Assembly: GCA_963663385.2 (NCBI GenBank)
Contig: CAXXXD010000003.1
Span: forward strand, 704,001-768,000
Direction of reading: 5' to 3'
Source of the DNA: Oceanispirochaeta sp.
GTDB lineage: Bacteria; Spirochaetota; Spirochaetia; DSM-2461
DNA: 64,000 nucleotides
Position 1 is the first letter of the stretch; every line of letters begins with the position of its first letter. Of the stretch, positions 1 to 10,703 are shown in pieces. Position numbers and translations under genes: made by a program. The notes below the pieces were generated by a model. It saw only the letters and a list, made by a program, of their open reading frames with translations. It had not been told where the DNA came from and searched no databases.

Positions 1-1198
1 TCAGGTTTTCTATGGTTTTAAAGGATACGGCGAAACGCCTGGAGAGCATCAGGGCCTGGATGACAATAAACAGGATAAAACCGATCTGGGTCATGTAAAA
101 GGTTTTGATAACCTGGTTGGAGTAGAGCATATCGTTGGTAATGGACAGAAGCAGGATAACCATGGCAAGCAGAATCATCAGGGATCCGATCCTTCTGTTT
201 TTTATGGCCCTTATCATAATGGAGATGCAGTAGATCATGTTGATTACCACAGCCAGTTCCGCAATCACAATAAGATGATTGGAGATCCTGACAGGAAGAA
301 AGAGGAAGATAACTGCCGAAAGACCGCTTATACCCAGAATCAGGCGTATGATTTTTCTGTTGGTTTCCACCGGGAACAGTGTCTGAAGGAAGAGAGGAAG
401 CAGAGCCGCAACCAGGAAGAAAGGGGAAAATTCCATTTTTCTGGCAATTTCCCAGGGGATTCCCGGGAGGGTGTAACTTAAAAGCTGTTCTCCCGTGGAA
501 AGGATGCGGATCGCCATGACCAGACAGATCAGACCGAAATAGAGCTGGGCTTTTTCCTTCTTTCTGAACAGGTAGAGGCTGACGTGATAGATACTCACGA
601 ACAGCAGCAGGCCGATCAGGAACATATCCAGCAGCATCTTCTTCTGCCGCATATCCTGTATGGTATCCGGATGCCCCAGGTAGAGATTCCGCCAGACTCC
701 GCTCTTTCTGTAATCGAAGTTGCTGACCCAGATGGTCAGGAGATCCTTCTTTCCATTGGAGATGAACTCCACGGTTTCGGGGCTGAAAAAGGGCGTGGTG
801 TCCGCTCTGGTTTTTCCGGGGATTCCATTGGAGGCATACTCTCTCCCGTTGATGAAAAGACGGAATGCCGAGATCATCTCAGGGACATAGAGGGCATAAA
901 TCTCTCCCTCTGAAAGCCCGGTAAGGACCAGCTGATAGGTTCCGAATCCTTCAGCGCTGAAGGATTCGTCTGCAGCCCAGTTCCCCGGAACAGAAAGCCG
1001 CGTCCCCGCTTCTATCGGGGCATCGGGATCACAGAACTGTTGCCACTGGAAATTCCACTCCCCCTTCAGGGGGATGTTTTTTACCAGTTCCGCAGGGTTA
1101 ACGGACAGGGTACCCTCTTCCGCGGGGGTTCCGAAAACCGGGAGGCATATGTTAGCCGTTAGGAGTATTACTGCAGCATAAAGTATTTTTTTAACCAT
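1..1198 (-). CDS. 7TM-DISM-type membrane sensor, N-terminal part (runs off left edge)
   Basis: ATG at 1198 on minus gives MVKKILYAAVILLTANICLPVFG (signal-like) then LKGEWNFQWQQ, typical of 7TMR-DISM extracellular domains, followed by hydrophobic helices; absent from ORF track because no stop is in the window. Confidence 0.7.
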   Translation of the reverse strand, partial: MVKKILYAAVILLTANICLPVFGTPAEEGTLSVNPAELVKNIPLKGEWNFQWQQFCDPDAPIEAGTRLSVPGNWAADESFSAEGFGTYQLVLTGLSEGEIYALYVPEMISAFRLFINGREYASNGIPGKTRADTTPFFSPETVEFISNGKKDLLTIWVSNFDYRKSGVWRNLYLGHPDTIQDMRQKKMLLDMFLIGLLLFVSIYHVSLYLFRKKEKAQLYFGLICLVMAIRILSTGEQLLSYTLPGIPWEIARKMEFSPFFLVAALLPLFLQTLFPVETNRKIIRLILGISGLSAVIFLFLPVRISNHLIVIAELAVVINMIYCISIMIRAIKNRRIGSLMILLAMVILLLSITNDMLYSNQVIKTFYMTQIGFILFIVIQALMLSRRFAVSFKTIENL

Positions 1199-1405
1199 AA
1201 TCTGTTTCAAAGTTTATGAAAAAATCCCGATCCAATCAATCATAAATTGTAAAACCGTATTTCTTATATCCTATATTTTAGACTCCTTCCTGAACCATTA
1301 TGAAATCCGGTGTTTTTTCTACTGGTCAGATAAGGAGTAAATGAATATAATGGGAGCAATTTAAGCAAAACACGCCCCTAGAGAGGCAGATAATCCGGAG
1401 AATAA

Positions 1406-2830
1406 TTGATGAAGTTTTTTGAAAAATTGGAAAAAGTATGTCATGAGAAGGAAAGTCTTCTCTGTGTCGGTCTGGACCCCCGCGTAGAGTACAAGGCTCC
1501 CGGAGATGCTCTCAGATCGATTGTAGAACAGAACCGCCGGATTATTGAGGCAACACTGCCTTACACGGTTTGCTATAAACCTAACATTGCCTTCTATGAA
1601 GTTTTCGGACCGGAAGGGCTGAAGGCCCTGAAAGAAACCCTGACCTTTATCCCCCGGGAAGTCCCGGTACTCATTGATGCCAAAAGAAACGATATCGGTT
1701 CCACAGCCCAGGCTTACGCGGACTCCCTTATTGATTTCTACAAGGCCGATGCTGTCACCCTCTCTCCCTATATGGGGCGGGATGCGGTAGATCCTTTTCT
1801 GGAAAAAGGGGAACAGCACGGTGTATTCCTTCTCTGCCGGACCACAAATCCGGGAGCGGGGGCCATTCAGGATCTGCAGGTGAAAAGGCCCGGCAATGTT
1901 TTTGAGGATATGTATATTGCCACAGCCAGGGAGTGTATATCCTGGGGAAGTCAGGTAGGTCTGGTAGTAGCGGGGAACGATACGGAAGCTCTGCGGAAAG
2001 TACGAAGAGTCTGCCCTGAAACATGGTTTCTTACACCGGGTATCGGAGCCCAGGGAGGTGATATGCTGGAAGCTGTTTCAGCCGGCTGCCGGGCCGACGG
2101 AATGGGAATCCTCCCCAATGTATCCAGGGGTATCGCCGGAGCGGATGATCCCGGAGCAGCGGCGAAGGAGTTCAGGGATAAACTGAATGAAGCACGGAAA
2201 AAGCTGGTTTCAGGTGAAGTGTTTACAACCCGGGATTTCCGGAAAGAAAAGATCATGAAAGGACTGATTCAGACCGAATGTTTCAGAGTTGGCGAGTTTA
2301 CCCTGAAATCCGGTAAAAAATCACCTTTCTACATAGATCTGAGAAGAGTCTCCTCCGATGCGGCTCTTCTGGCGGAAGTAGCCAGGGGCTATGCCGAGCT
2401 GATAAAGGATAAACACTATGACAGAATCGCCGGTATTCCCGTAGCGGCTCTGCCTCTGGCGACAGCCGTCTCTCTTGAAACAGGTATTCCCCTGATCTAT
2501 CCCCGTATGACCATGAAGGATCATGGAACCGGCAACCGCATTGAGGGAGAATATAAGCAAGGTGAAAAAGTTCTTCTTCTGGATGATCTGATTACAACAG
2601 GGAAAAGCAAGGTGGAAGCCATTGAAATCCTGCGGGAGGCGGGACTGGTTGTTACAGAACTGGCTGTCCTACTGGAAAGGGGCGCCCAGGGCCGTAAGGA
2701 CATGGAAGCAGCCGGTATCGCCCTCCACAGCTATGCCCATGTGAAAGAGCTTCTGCAGCCCTGTCACGAGCTGGGGCTGATAGATGAAAACCAGCTTAGG
2801 GATATGCTGGATTATGCCGCACAGGAGTAA
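1406..2830 (+). CDS. pyrFE: Bifunctional OMP decarboxylase / orotate phosphoribosyltransferase (PyrF-PyrE fusion)
   Basis: N-terminal LCVGLDP, KPNIAFYE, DAKRNDIGST, PGIGAQGG (OMPDC); C-terminal FTLKSGKKSPFYIDLR and LLLDDLITTG (PRTase). Confidence 0.93.
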   Translation: MMKFFEKLEKVCHEKESLLCVGLDPRVEYKAPGDALRSIVEQNRRIIEATLPYTVCYKPNIAFYEVFGPEGLKALKETLTFIPREVPVLIDAKRNDIGSTAQAYADSLIDFYKADAVTLSPYMGRDAVDPFLEKGEQHGVFLLCRTTNPGAGAIQDLQVKRPGNVFEDMYIATARECISWGSQVGLVVAGNDTEALRKVRRVCPETWFLTPGIGAQGGDMLEAVSAGCRADGMGILPNVSRGIAGADDPGAAAKEFRDKLNEARKKLVSGEVFTTRDFRKEKIMKGLIQTECFRVGEFTLKSGKKSPFYIDLRRVSSDAALLAEVARGYAELIKDKHYDRIAGIPVAALPLATAVSLETGIPLIYPRMTMKDHGTGNRIEGEYKQGEKVLLLDDLITTGKSKVEAIEILREAGLVVTELAVLLERGAQGRKDMEAAGIALHSYAHVKELLQPCHELGLIDENQLRDMLDYAAQE

Positions 2831-2837
2831 TATTTAA

Positions 2838-4040
2838 GTGAAATTCCTTCAAACCCTCTGGCTGCTGCTGACATCTTCCATCACTCTGGGGAATCTGAAG
2901 CTCTCCTTCAGTATCCTGGAAGTCATAACCAAGGTGGCTCTGCCCTTTATCGGTGTGCTGATTTTCTACTTCACCCTGAAGTGGCTGATCCGGAAACTGG
3001 TGAATATGACCAGGCTGAAAGAGGATGTCAGAAAGAAAATTATTCAGTACAGCCGGATGGCTTTGAAGTTCCTGGTCTTTATCGGACTGATAACCTTCAT
3101 AGGGAATCTGCTGGGAAGCCGGCTGCATTACTATATAGGGAGCTTTTTAAATATACTGAATGCGCCCTTTTTCTCCTCGGGGAATACCCATGTTTCGGTC
3201 ATCACCCTGCTGATGCTGATTCCCGTATTCTATCTGGCTTCCTGGTCGGGAAAAGCTTCCCGTACCCTGCTGGAACGATCAATCTTCGATCAGCTGGGGC
3301 TGGATGACGCCCGAAAATTCTCCTTCGGCAGCATTACCCGCTATGCGGTGATGGGGATTGTCTTTCTCTTCGGTCTGTCAATTGTGGGGCTGGATCTGTC
3401 CGTGCTGGGGGTTCTGTTCGGAGTTGTCGGTATCGGTCTCGGTTTTGGTCTGCAGAGCATAGTTTCAAACTTCTTCGCCGGTCTGATTATCATCTCCACC
3501 CGTCCCATCAAAGAGGGCGACCGGGTTCTGATTAACGGATACGACGGGATTGTCCACAATATACGCTTTGTCAGCACGGATATCAGAACCTTTGAGAATG
3601 AAAATATTATTATCCCCAATTCGCACTTTGTGGACCAGCCTGTCCATAACTACTCCTATTCGGACAGGAAGGTTGTTATTGTCAATAAGGTGCAGGCTGC
3701 CTATGATTCCGATCTGGAAAGGGCTGTTGAAATTCTGGAAGAGATAGGCAGCCGGAATCCCAACCGGATAGAGGGACCGGACAATGTGGTTCGTGTGCTC
3801 TCCTTCGATGACTCGGGGATTACCCTGAGCCTGCGGACCCTGATCCGGGATGTTGCTCTGAAAGCGGTATCCCACTCCTGGACCAATATGGAAATCTGGA
3901 AGGAGTTCAGGAATAACGGTATCGAGATTCCCTATCCCAAGATGGATGTGCATGTGGTTTCCCTGCCCGGGGCAGAAGCATCGGACGAGGGGAATACGGA
4001 TAATCGGGACAGGGATCGGGAAGAGGATTTCCCCGTCTGA
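2838..4040 (+). CDS. mscS: Small-conductance mechanosensitive channel (MscS family)
   Basis: TM helices, GIGLGFGLQSIVSNFFAG, PIKEGD, IIIPNS, GIEIPYP. Confidence 0.9.
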   Translation: MKFLQTLWLLLTSSITLGNLKLSFSILEVITKVALPFIGVLIFYFTLKWLIRKLVNMTRLKEDVRKKIIQYSRMALKFLVFIGLITFIGNLLGSRLHYYIGSFLNILNAPFFSSGNTHVSVITLLMLIPVFYLASWSGKASRTLLERSIFDQLGLDDARKFSFGSITRYAVMGIVFLFGLSIVGLDLSVLGVLFGVVGIGLGFGLQSIVSNFFAGLIIISTRPIKEGDRVLINGYDGIVHNIRFVSTDIRTFENENIIIPNSHFVDQPVHNYSYSDRKVVIVNKVQAAYDSDLERAVEILEEIGSRNPNRIEGPDNVVRVLSFDDSGITLSLRTLIRDVALKAVSHSWTNMEIWKEFRNNGIEIPYPKMDVHVVSLPGAEASDEGNTDNRDRDREEDFPV

Positions 4041-4172
4041 ATTCCTGACCTTTCCAGTTATTTCAGCTCTCGGCCTGCTCGTTTACTGCAACGAGCTGTT
4101 TGTAACAGAGGAGAGCACAAAGGATCAAAAATCAAACAATATAATACTGTAGAGTAGCAGCTGGAGGACCCC

Positions 4173-5045
4173 TTGGATTGGATAGAAAGGCTTAACGCGG
4201 CCCTGGAGTATATTGAGGATAACCTTTGCGGCAGTGAGGATATCAGGGAAATAGCCGGGGCAGCCAATACAAGTCATTTTCACTTTCAGCGGCTGTTTCA
4301 TGTGATAACTGATACAACCGTTGCGGACTATGTCAGAAGAAGACGGCTCACTCAGGCTGCCGGTGATATTCAGCAGGGGGCGGATATACTGGAAACGGCT
4401 CTGAAATACGGATATGAGTCTCAAGCCTCTTTCTCAAGAGCTTTCGGCCGCTTGCATGGTCTGACACCTGCCAAAGCCCGGGAACCGGGTGCCAGACTGA
4501 AAGCCTATCCACCCCTTACCTTCAATATATCGATACAGGGAGTACACAGTATGGAATATCAGATCAAAGACTTTGAACGTTTTCAAATTGCCGGTGCGGT
4601 GCGTAGAATCACGACTGCAGATGGACAGAACCTCAGGGATATCCCGGCCTTTTTTGAAGAGAAGGATAAAGACGGGACAATTGGCAGGCTGATGCATCTG
4701 AACGGGAAGTCCGGTCATTTTGCAGGATGCCTTTTGGGGGTCTGCGCCGATTTCGAAGAAGAGAAGGAAGAATTCAATTTTCTGATTGCGGTAGAACCGG
4801 ATAAAGACGCTGATCATAAAGACCTGGTAACAAGATCGATTCCGGCTATGACATGGGCGGTATTTCCGGGAAACGGCAAGATGCCCGAATCCATCCAGCA
4901 GGTCTGGAAGCGGATCTTCTCCGAATGGTTTCCTTCAATGGACTATGTACATGCGGACGGACCGGAACTGGAAGTGTATCTGCCGGATAACGGAGATCCT
5001 GACGACTGTCCTTTTGAAGTATGGATACCCATCCGGAAAAAATAA
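4173..5045 (+). CDS. AraC-family regulator with GyrI-like effector domain
   Basis: FHFQRLF...YVRRRRLT...ALKYGYESQASFSRAF HTH; C-terminal WAVF...IFSEWFP...PELEVY...EVWIPI. Confidence 0.9.
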   Translation: MDWIERLNAALEYIEDNLCGSEDIREIAGAANTSHFHFQRLFHVITDTTVADYVRRRRLTQAAGDIQQGADILETALKYGYESQASFSRAFGRLHGLTPAKAREPGARLKAYPPLTFNISIQGVHSMEYQIKDFERFQIAGAVRRITTADGQNLRDIPAFFEEKDKDGTIGRLMHLNGKSGHFAGCLLGVCADFEEEKEEFNFLIAVEPDKDADHKDLVTRSIPAMTWAVFPGNGKMPESIQQVWKRIFSEWFPSMDYVHADGPELEVYLPDNGDPDDCPFEVWIPIRKK

Positions 5046-5139
5046 AAAAGTCCGTTCTGTAGAGAGACCGGATTACTGTCCTGTCTTCGCCTTTCTGCAA
5101 AAGGAGGAAATCCCGAAAGCAGGAGCAGGGCAGTTCTGA

Positions 5140-6348
5140 TCAGCCCTTCTGAAGAAGTATCCCCCGGTTTCCCTTGAACCGGTCGTCTTCCCGGAAGGTA
5201 AATCCCTTCAGAAATCTGACAAGCTGGGAGAGATCCGAGCTGCGTCCCATGATATAGCAGTACTTACCCGGTTTAACCAGACGGGCCGCTGTATCCATTA
5301 CATCCTGGTGCCATTTTGCTTTGGGGATGGGGCTGAGGTTCAGATAGAGAAAATCCAGGCTCTTCTCTTCAATCCTGTCATTTAAAAAGGATTCTCCCGG
5401 CAGCTCATGGCACTCTATCTCAGCCTCAACAGAACTGTTTTCCAGATTCCTTTTTGTTATTCTGTTCTGAAGGATATCCCTGGAAGCCAGATGGATCTTT
5501 TTAAGGTGATTGGAGGGGCGTTTTGCCATCCATAGAGGAATATGTCCCTGCCCGGCATTCCAGAAGAGGGCTTCTCCCGTAAAGGCTGTATGCCGCAAAA
5601 GTTCCCCGGATATGCGGGTAGAGTAGCTGAGCTGATCAAAATCGGGTAAGTTATACACCGTCTCCATCGGATAGCTCTCTTCCGCCAGCTTAAAAGTTCC
5701 CTTATGACGGACATAGCGTCCGAAATCTTCCCCGGGAAAATCCCTTCCTCCGTCAAAGTGAAAAACCGTATGCATTTTAGTGCTTTCCTTATACAGGATA
5801 CGGCATCCCGCGTTTTCAAGAGCCTTTTCGGCTGTTTCTTTCAGAGGATCCACAATGACGACGGCAACCCGGCCGCACTCTTTAAGGAAGTATCCCGCAT
5901 AGGAGAAAAAGTCGTTTAGAACCTTCTCTCCCGCTTTTGCAGGAATATTGGAAACTATCAGATCCTGACTGGATCTTTCAAGCCCCTCCAGAAGAAGGGC
6001 ATTTTCTATTCTGTCGGCCTTTACGCCATTGAACATGCTGTTCTCTGCCGTATAGGCCGTGGCCAGTGCATCCCTGTCCTGAAAAAGCATCTCCATCCGG
6101 GGAAACTTCTTTTTCAGGCTGATACCTATCACTCCGGTGCCGCATCCCGTATCGACAGCATTTTTAACAGAATCCAGGTTTGCCTCTTTGGCAAGGGTTT
6201 TTAAAAGCAGCCTTGTTCCCGAATCGATATCAAAGCTGCTGAACAATCCCATGGAGAGATGATAAGTCATCTTTTCGCCGTAGAACTGAAAGGGAACCTG
6301 TTTGTTGGAGTAAACAGAGAGTCGGGGATCAAAGGCCTTCTTTTTCAT
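5140..6348 (-). CDS. Class I SAM-dependent methyltransferase (RsmC/MTS-like, duplicated domain)
   Basis: GLFSSFDIDSGTRLLL, DTGCGTGVIG, DLIVSNIP; degenerate second MTS-like half. Confidence 0.75.
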   Translation of the reverse strand: MKKKAFDPRLSVYSNKQVPFQFYGEKMTYHLSMGLFSSFDIDSGTRLLLKTLAKEANLDSVKNAVDTGCGTGVIGISLKKKFPRMEMLFQDRDALATAYTAENSMFNGVKADRIENALLLEGLERSSQDLIVSNIPAKAGEKVLNDFFSYAGYFLKECGRVAVVIVDPLKETAEKALENAGCRILYKESTKMHTVFHFDGGRDFPGEDFGRYVRHKGTFKLAEESYPMETVYNLPDFDQLSYSTRISGELLRHTAFTGEALFWNAGQGHIPLWMAKRPSNHLKKIHLASRDILQNRITKRNLENSSVEAEIECHELPGESFLNDRIEEKSLDFLYLNLSPIPKAKWHQDVMDTAARLVKPGKYCYIMGRSSDLSQLVRFLKGFTFREDDRFKGNRGILLQKG

Positions 6349-6351
6349 ATC

Positions 6352-6921
6352 CTAGCTGTTAATCCGTTCCTGGTACTCTTTGGTTTCCACATTGATACGT
6401 ATTTTTTCACCCTGCTTGATAAAGATGGGAACCTTTACGGTCAGGCCGGTTTCCACTTTTACGAATTTGGTAGCACCTGTAACGGTATCGCCTTTTACTG
6501 CGTCTTCCGCTTCGGTTACGATCAGATCCATCTTGGGGGGGAGTTTGATATCCAGAGACTCTTCACCCCAGCGGACAACTTTATAGCTTTCGCCCTCTCT
6601 CAGAAAGTACTGCATATCCTCCATGGCTGCCATGGGAATTTCATACTGCTCATAAGTATCGGCATTCATAAAGTAAAAGTTTTCTCCGTCGGAGTAGAGA
6701 AACTGGGAACTTACATCCTGTACATCGATCTCTTCTACGATATCCTGTGATTTGTGGGTTACTTTCAGTACCGAACCGTTTCTCAGGTTCTTCAGTTTCA
6801 GTCTTACAAAGGCTGATCCTTTTCCGGGGTTAACGAACTCTCTCTCTGTTACGATAAAGGGGATCTCCTTTTCCAGGAGGAAGGTTCCTTTGGCAATTGA
6901 GCCGGCTTTAATCTGTCCCAT
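6352..6921 (-). CDS. efp: Elongation factor P
   Basis: VNPGKGSAFVRLKLKNL (Lys34-type loop), KGDTVTG, ETGLTVKVPIFI. Confidence 0.96.
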   Translation of the reverse strand: MGQIKAGSIAKGTFLLEKEIPFIVTEREFVNPGKGSAFVRLKLKNLRNGSVLKVTHKSQDIVEEIDVQDVSSQFLYSDGENFYFMNADTYEQYEIPMAAMEDMQYFLREGESYKVVRWGEESLDIKLPPKMDLIVTEAEDAVKGDTVTGATKFVKVETGLTVKVPIFIKQGEKIRINVETKEYQERINS

Positions 6922-7021
6922 AGTTAATCCTTTTCATATGGGGCGCCGCTGAAATCATTGCAGAACTTCAGGTATGTCGGCTGCCCTTTTTTATATAAAA
7001 TCATTTGGCATAATTTTTTGC

Positions 7022-8014
7022 TCAGGCGAGTATATCACTAAGCGGAAATAAAATCACCCCCTGTATATCCCTCTTTCCCAATATCTGCGCGATCAGCCTG
7101 TCCACCCCGACGGCAGTACCGGAGCAGGAGGGGAATGTTTTGAAAAGATCAGGGTAATCCGGATCGGTCTGTACGGGTATACGGGCCTTCAGATTCTTTT
7201 CCCTGCACTCGGTGGAGTAATACAGACGGACTTTTTCCGGATCGGTCTCTTCTGTATAGCAGTTGGCGACCTCCACTCCGTTCATATAGAGTTCCCAGCG
7301 GTCGGACCAGGGGGTCCCGGGGATATCGGCTGCCAGGGTTTTAAGGGCTGAGGGGTAATTTTTCAAAACCAGGGGGGCGTCCGTGGGGAGTTCCGGTTCC
7401 ACAAGTGTAAGAAAGAGTTTATGAAACAGAACTTCCCAGTCATCCTCCCTGTCCACAGGAATATCATGCTCCCTGTTTTTCATTCTCAGAGCTTCAGATG
7501 AAAGGTTTTCCGAAAGGGAGAATCCCGCCAGTTCGCAGAAAGCATCCTCCATTGTCCAGATTCTGAAAGGGGCTTTCACATTTTCGGGGGTTTCCCGGTC
7601 TGCCAGGGTCCTTACCAGAGCTTCGGTGATCCGGATATTCTCATCGGCGGTTATCCCTGTTCTATACCATTCCAGCATGGTGAATTCGGGGTTGTGTATG
7701 GGGCTGATCTGCTCACTGTTGCGGAAGCTTTTACAGATCTGAAAAATATCCCCCGACCCGCCGGCCAGCAGGGCCTTCATCCAGACTTCCGGTGAGGGGG
7801 TAAGGTAGAGAGGCCTTGACGGTCCATAGGGGGATATCAGATCGCATTTGAAATTTTCTATGGATGATTCGGGTATAAGGTGGGGAGAAAGAAGCGGCGT
7901 TTCCACTTCAAGAAACCCATTGCCTGTAAAAAACTGTCTGATTTTCTGTGTTATAACTGCCCGCTGACGGATAAGCGAAAGGTCCATAACTGCCTCTTGT
8001 TGATTGATTATCAT
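7022..8014 (-). CDS. epmA: EF-P lysine beta-lysyltransferase (LysRS2 paralogue)
   Basis: FLEVETP, SPE, FRNSE...HNPEFTMLEWYR, SGTAVGVDRL; no anticodon domain; adjacent to efp. Confidence 0.88.
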   Translation of the reverse strand: MIINQQEAVMDLSLIRQRAVITQKIRQFFTGNGFLEVETPLLSPHLIPESSIENFKCDLISPYGPSRPLYLTPSPEVWMKALLAGGSGDIFQICKSFRNSEQISPIHNPEFTMLEWYRTGITADENIRITEALVRTLADRETPENVKAPFRIWTMEDAFCELAGFSLSENLSSEALRMKNREHDIPVDREDDWEVLFHKLFLTLVEPELPTDAPLVLKNYPSALKTLAADIPGTPWSDRWELYMNGVEVANCYTEETDPEKVRLYYSTECREKNLKARIPVQTDPDYPDLFKTFPSCSGTAVGVDRLIAQILGKRDIQGVILFPLSDILA

Positions 8015-8041
8015 AAATGCTGAAATGTTTTCTTATAAAAG

Positions 8042-8065
8042 AAAAAACCGTCTGCTGACAGACGG
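8042..8065 (-). terminator. Intrinsic terminator after ferredoxin
   Basis: CCGTCTG-ctga-CAGACGG hairpin followed by T-run on minus strand. Confidence 0.7.
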
Positions 8066-8088
8066 CTTTATTAGGAAAATATTAATAA

Positions 8089-8262
8089 TTAACCTTCACT
8101 GATGCATTCGGTGGGACAAACATCGGCACAAGCTCCGCAGCTGGTACACAGATCAGGATCGATCACTCTTGCATCATCTTTTTCGCTGATAGCTTCAACC
8201 GGACATTCGCCTTCACAGGCACCGCAGTTAACGCAATCTTCTGCATTGATTACATAGGCCAT
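8089..8262 (-). CDS. 2x[4Fe-4S] ferredoxin
   Basis: CVNCGACEGECP and CTSCGACADVCP; GGAGG RBS supports start at 8262 (MAYVI). Confidence 0.93.
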   Translation of the reverse strand: MAYVINAEDCVNCGACEGECPVEAISEKDDARVIDPDLCTSCGACADVCPTECISEG

Positions 8263-8557
8263 GGGTACTACCTCCATATAACAGTATGAACTTAAACATA
8301 TCCGAAACGAATTTAAATATCAAGAGATTTATCGGGTTTATTCGCTTCTCCCGGCGGAAAGAATCCTGCTTCGGGGAAGCAGAAAAATAATGAGTGAACT
8401 TTTTAAGATTCAATTGACCTCCAGAAAGCGCCGGGGTATAGTGATTTACAACTATTCGGCATAGTGACTATAAACTAGTTAGTGGATAAATACCTATTTG
8501 GACAGGTTTTAAAGTCTATCTCTATAAAGTAAAGCAAATAATGAGGAGTTAACTTGT

Positions 8558-10462
8558 ATGGAAGCAACTATCATGAAGCAGCTGCAGACAATCGTGCGGC
8601 AGTTTCCCGATCAGCCGGCTCAGAAAAGCAAGGATAAGGATGGCAATTATCAAACCACCAGTTACAGAACCTTCTATCAGGAAGTTCAGGAAGCGGCTGC
8701 GGGGTTTATGGAAATCGGCATCAGACGGGAAGAGACTGTCGGGATAATTGCAGACAACAGAAAAGAGTGGCTGATCTGCGATATGGGGCTTCTTTGCATC
8801 GGTGCCAGCGATGCCCCCAGGGGATGTGATATCACAACAAAAATTCTGGTTCATATTCTGGGTATCCCCGAATGTTCCTCTGTTATTCTGGAAAACTCTC
8901 ATCAGCTGGATAAGGTTCTGGAGGTCAGGGATGAGCTGCCGGCGCTTAAACAGATTATTATGCTGGAGCCGGCAGAAGAGGAGACTCTTTCAAAAGCAGG
9001 AGAGTACAGGATCATTAATTTCAGCGATTTTATGGAAATGGGAAAAAAGAAACTTTCTGAATCCCCTTCCATGATTGAAGAAGAGATTGCAAAGGGCCGG
9101 CCCGAAGATATTGCCACCATTATTTTTACTTCCGGCACAACAGGTGTACCCAAAGGGGTTATGCTCAGCAACTCAAGCTATGTTTACCAGGCGGAAGCCA
9201 TGCTGCATGTTATTGACGTAACCGAGAATGACACCTGGCTGACCATCCTGCCCGTATGGCACTCCTTTGAACGGATCATTCAGTATGTTTCCGCTCTGAA
9301 CGGAGCCTGTCTAGGCTACTCAAAACCTGTTGGAAAAACCCTGCTCAATGACCTCCAGGTCATTCAGCCGACCCTCTTTACGGCTGTGCCCCGGCTGTGG
9401 GACGCCCTGTATGCGGGGATCTTCCGGAATATCAAAGGAAAGGGAGAGAAAGTCGAAAAACTGTTTAACTTCTTTCTCAAAGTGGCGACCCGGGATGAGC
9501 ACTTTAAAAGAATCCTGGAAGACCGCTATCCCGATTATACGGGAAAATCCAATTCTTTTAGGAAATTCAGCGCTTCTCTGGGACGGATCGGTACTCTGCC
9601 TCTCAGGAAAGCCGGGGATAAAATCCTGTTCAGCAAAGTAGTGGAGGGGATGTTTCCCAGACTGAGAGCCGGCATCTCCGGCGGAGGGGCTCTGCAGAAA
9701 AATGTGGACGAATTCTACTCTGCCGTGGGCATAAAGGTTCTGGAAGGGTACGGCCTGACCGAATCCGGCCCTGTCATCAGTGTCCGTGACGAGAACCATC
9801 CCGTCGTGAATACAGTAGGGCCCGCCTTTATCGGAACCGAGATTAAAGTACTGGATCAGGATGGAAAGGTTCTTCCTGCGGGAGAAAGAGGGGTTCTTCA
9901 TATCAGGGGCCCCCAGGTTATGAAGGGGTACTATAAAAATCAGGAACTGACCGATAGTGTCCTGTCCGGAGACGGATGGCTGAATACGGGCGATATAGCG
10001 GTTATTTCATTGAACAACGAAATAACGCTGGTCGGACGGGCAAAGGATACGATCGTTCTGCTGGGCGGTGAAAATGTCGAACCAGTTCCCCTGGAGTCGA
10101 AGCTGAAGGAATCTCCCTACATCGATAATGCTGTGGTACTGGGGCAGGATAAAAAATACCTGTCTGCTTTGATTGTTCCCGATTTCGATACTCTGGAGGC
10201 TTATGCCAAGGAGAACGGGATCATGTATGAGGACAGGGAGCACCTGGGGGAATCCCCCGAAATCAGGGAAATGATCAATCAGGAGATTGCCGATCTTGTT
10301 TCCCCGGGCAACGGCTTTTCCACATTTGAAAGGATCTATCAGTTCACCATCCTTCAGAACTCCTTTGAAGTGGGAAAAGAGCTGTCCGCCAAGATGGAGC
10401 TTTTAAGACCGGAAATCTACGAGCTGTACGCTTCAGAAATAGAGGACCTGCTGGAAAAGTAA
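8558..10462 (+). CDS. Long-chain fatty acid--CoA ligase
   Basis: IIFTSGTTGVPKG, EGYGLTE, GWLNTGD, GRAKDTIVL.GGENVEP. Confidence 0.92.
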   Translation: MEATIMKQLQTIVRQFPDQPAQKSKDKDGNYQTTSYRTFYQEVQEAAAGFMEIGIRREETVGIIADNRKEWLICDMGLLCIGASDAPRGCDITTKILVHILGIPECSSVILENSHQLDKVLEVRDELPALKQIIMLEPAEEETLSKAGEYRIINFSDFMEMGKKKLSESPSMIEEEIAKGRPEDIATIIFTSGTTGVPKGVMLSNSSYVYQAEAMLHVIDVTENDTWLTILPVWHSFERIIQYVSALNGACLGYSKPVGKTLLNDLQVIQPTLFTAVPRLWDALYAGIFRNIKGKGEKVEKLFNFFLKVATRDEHFKRILEDRYPDYTGKSNSFRKFSASLGRIGTLPLRKAGDKILFSKVVEGMFPRLRAGISGGGALQKNVDEFYSAVGIKVLEGYGLTESGPVISVRDENHPVVNTVGPAFIGTEIKVLDQDGKVLPAGERGVLHIRGPQVMKGYYKNQELTDSVLSGDGWLNTGDIAVISLNNEITLVGRAKDTIVLLGGENVEPVPLESKLKESPYIDNAVVLGQDKKYLSALIVPDFDTLEAYAKENGIMYEDREHLGESPEIREMINQEIADLVSPGNGFSTFERIYQFTILQNSFEVGKELSAKMELLRPEIYELYASEIEDLLEK

Positions 10463-10463
10463 A

Positions 10464-10573
10464 CCTCCCCCGACCCCTCCTCAGGAGGGGAGAGTGTCTT
10501 GATTCCCTGGCTGAGAGGCGGCTGTGAAATGCGACAGCCTTACCTCTCCCCTGTGGGGAGACTGAGAGGGGTC
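10464..10573. repeat. REP/BIME-like pair of GC-rich palindromes
   Basis: CCCCTCC-tcag-GAGGGG and CTCCCC-tgt-GGGGAG units in inverted arrangement directly after a stop codon. Confidence 0.5.
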
Positions 10574-10703
10574 TTGTGACTGAGATGAGTATGGAAGAAA
10601 ATAGAGGACTGCCTGCAAAAAAAATATTTTTTTGCTGCAGTCCTTTTTTATAAAATGCTGATAAAATAGAGATAACAGATAGAATAGGTACGGAGGATTA
10701 ATT

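Noticed and set aside
275..913. Plus-strand ORFs 275-481 and 584-913
   Set aside because: Antisense to the minus-strand 7TM-DISM gene
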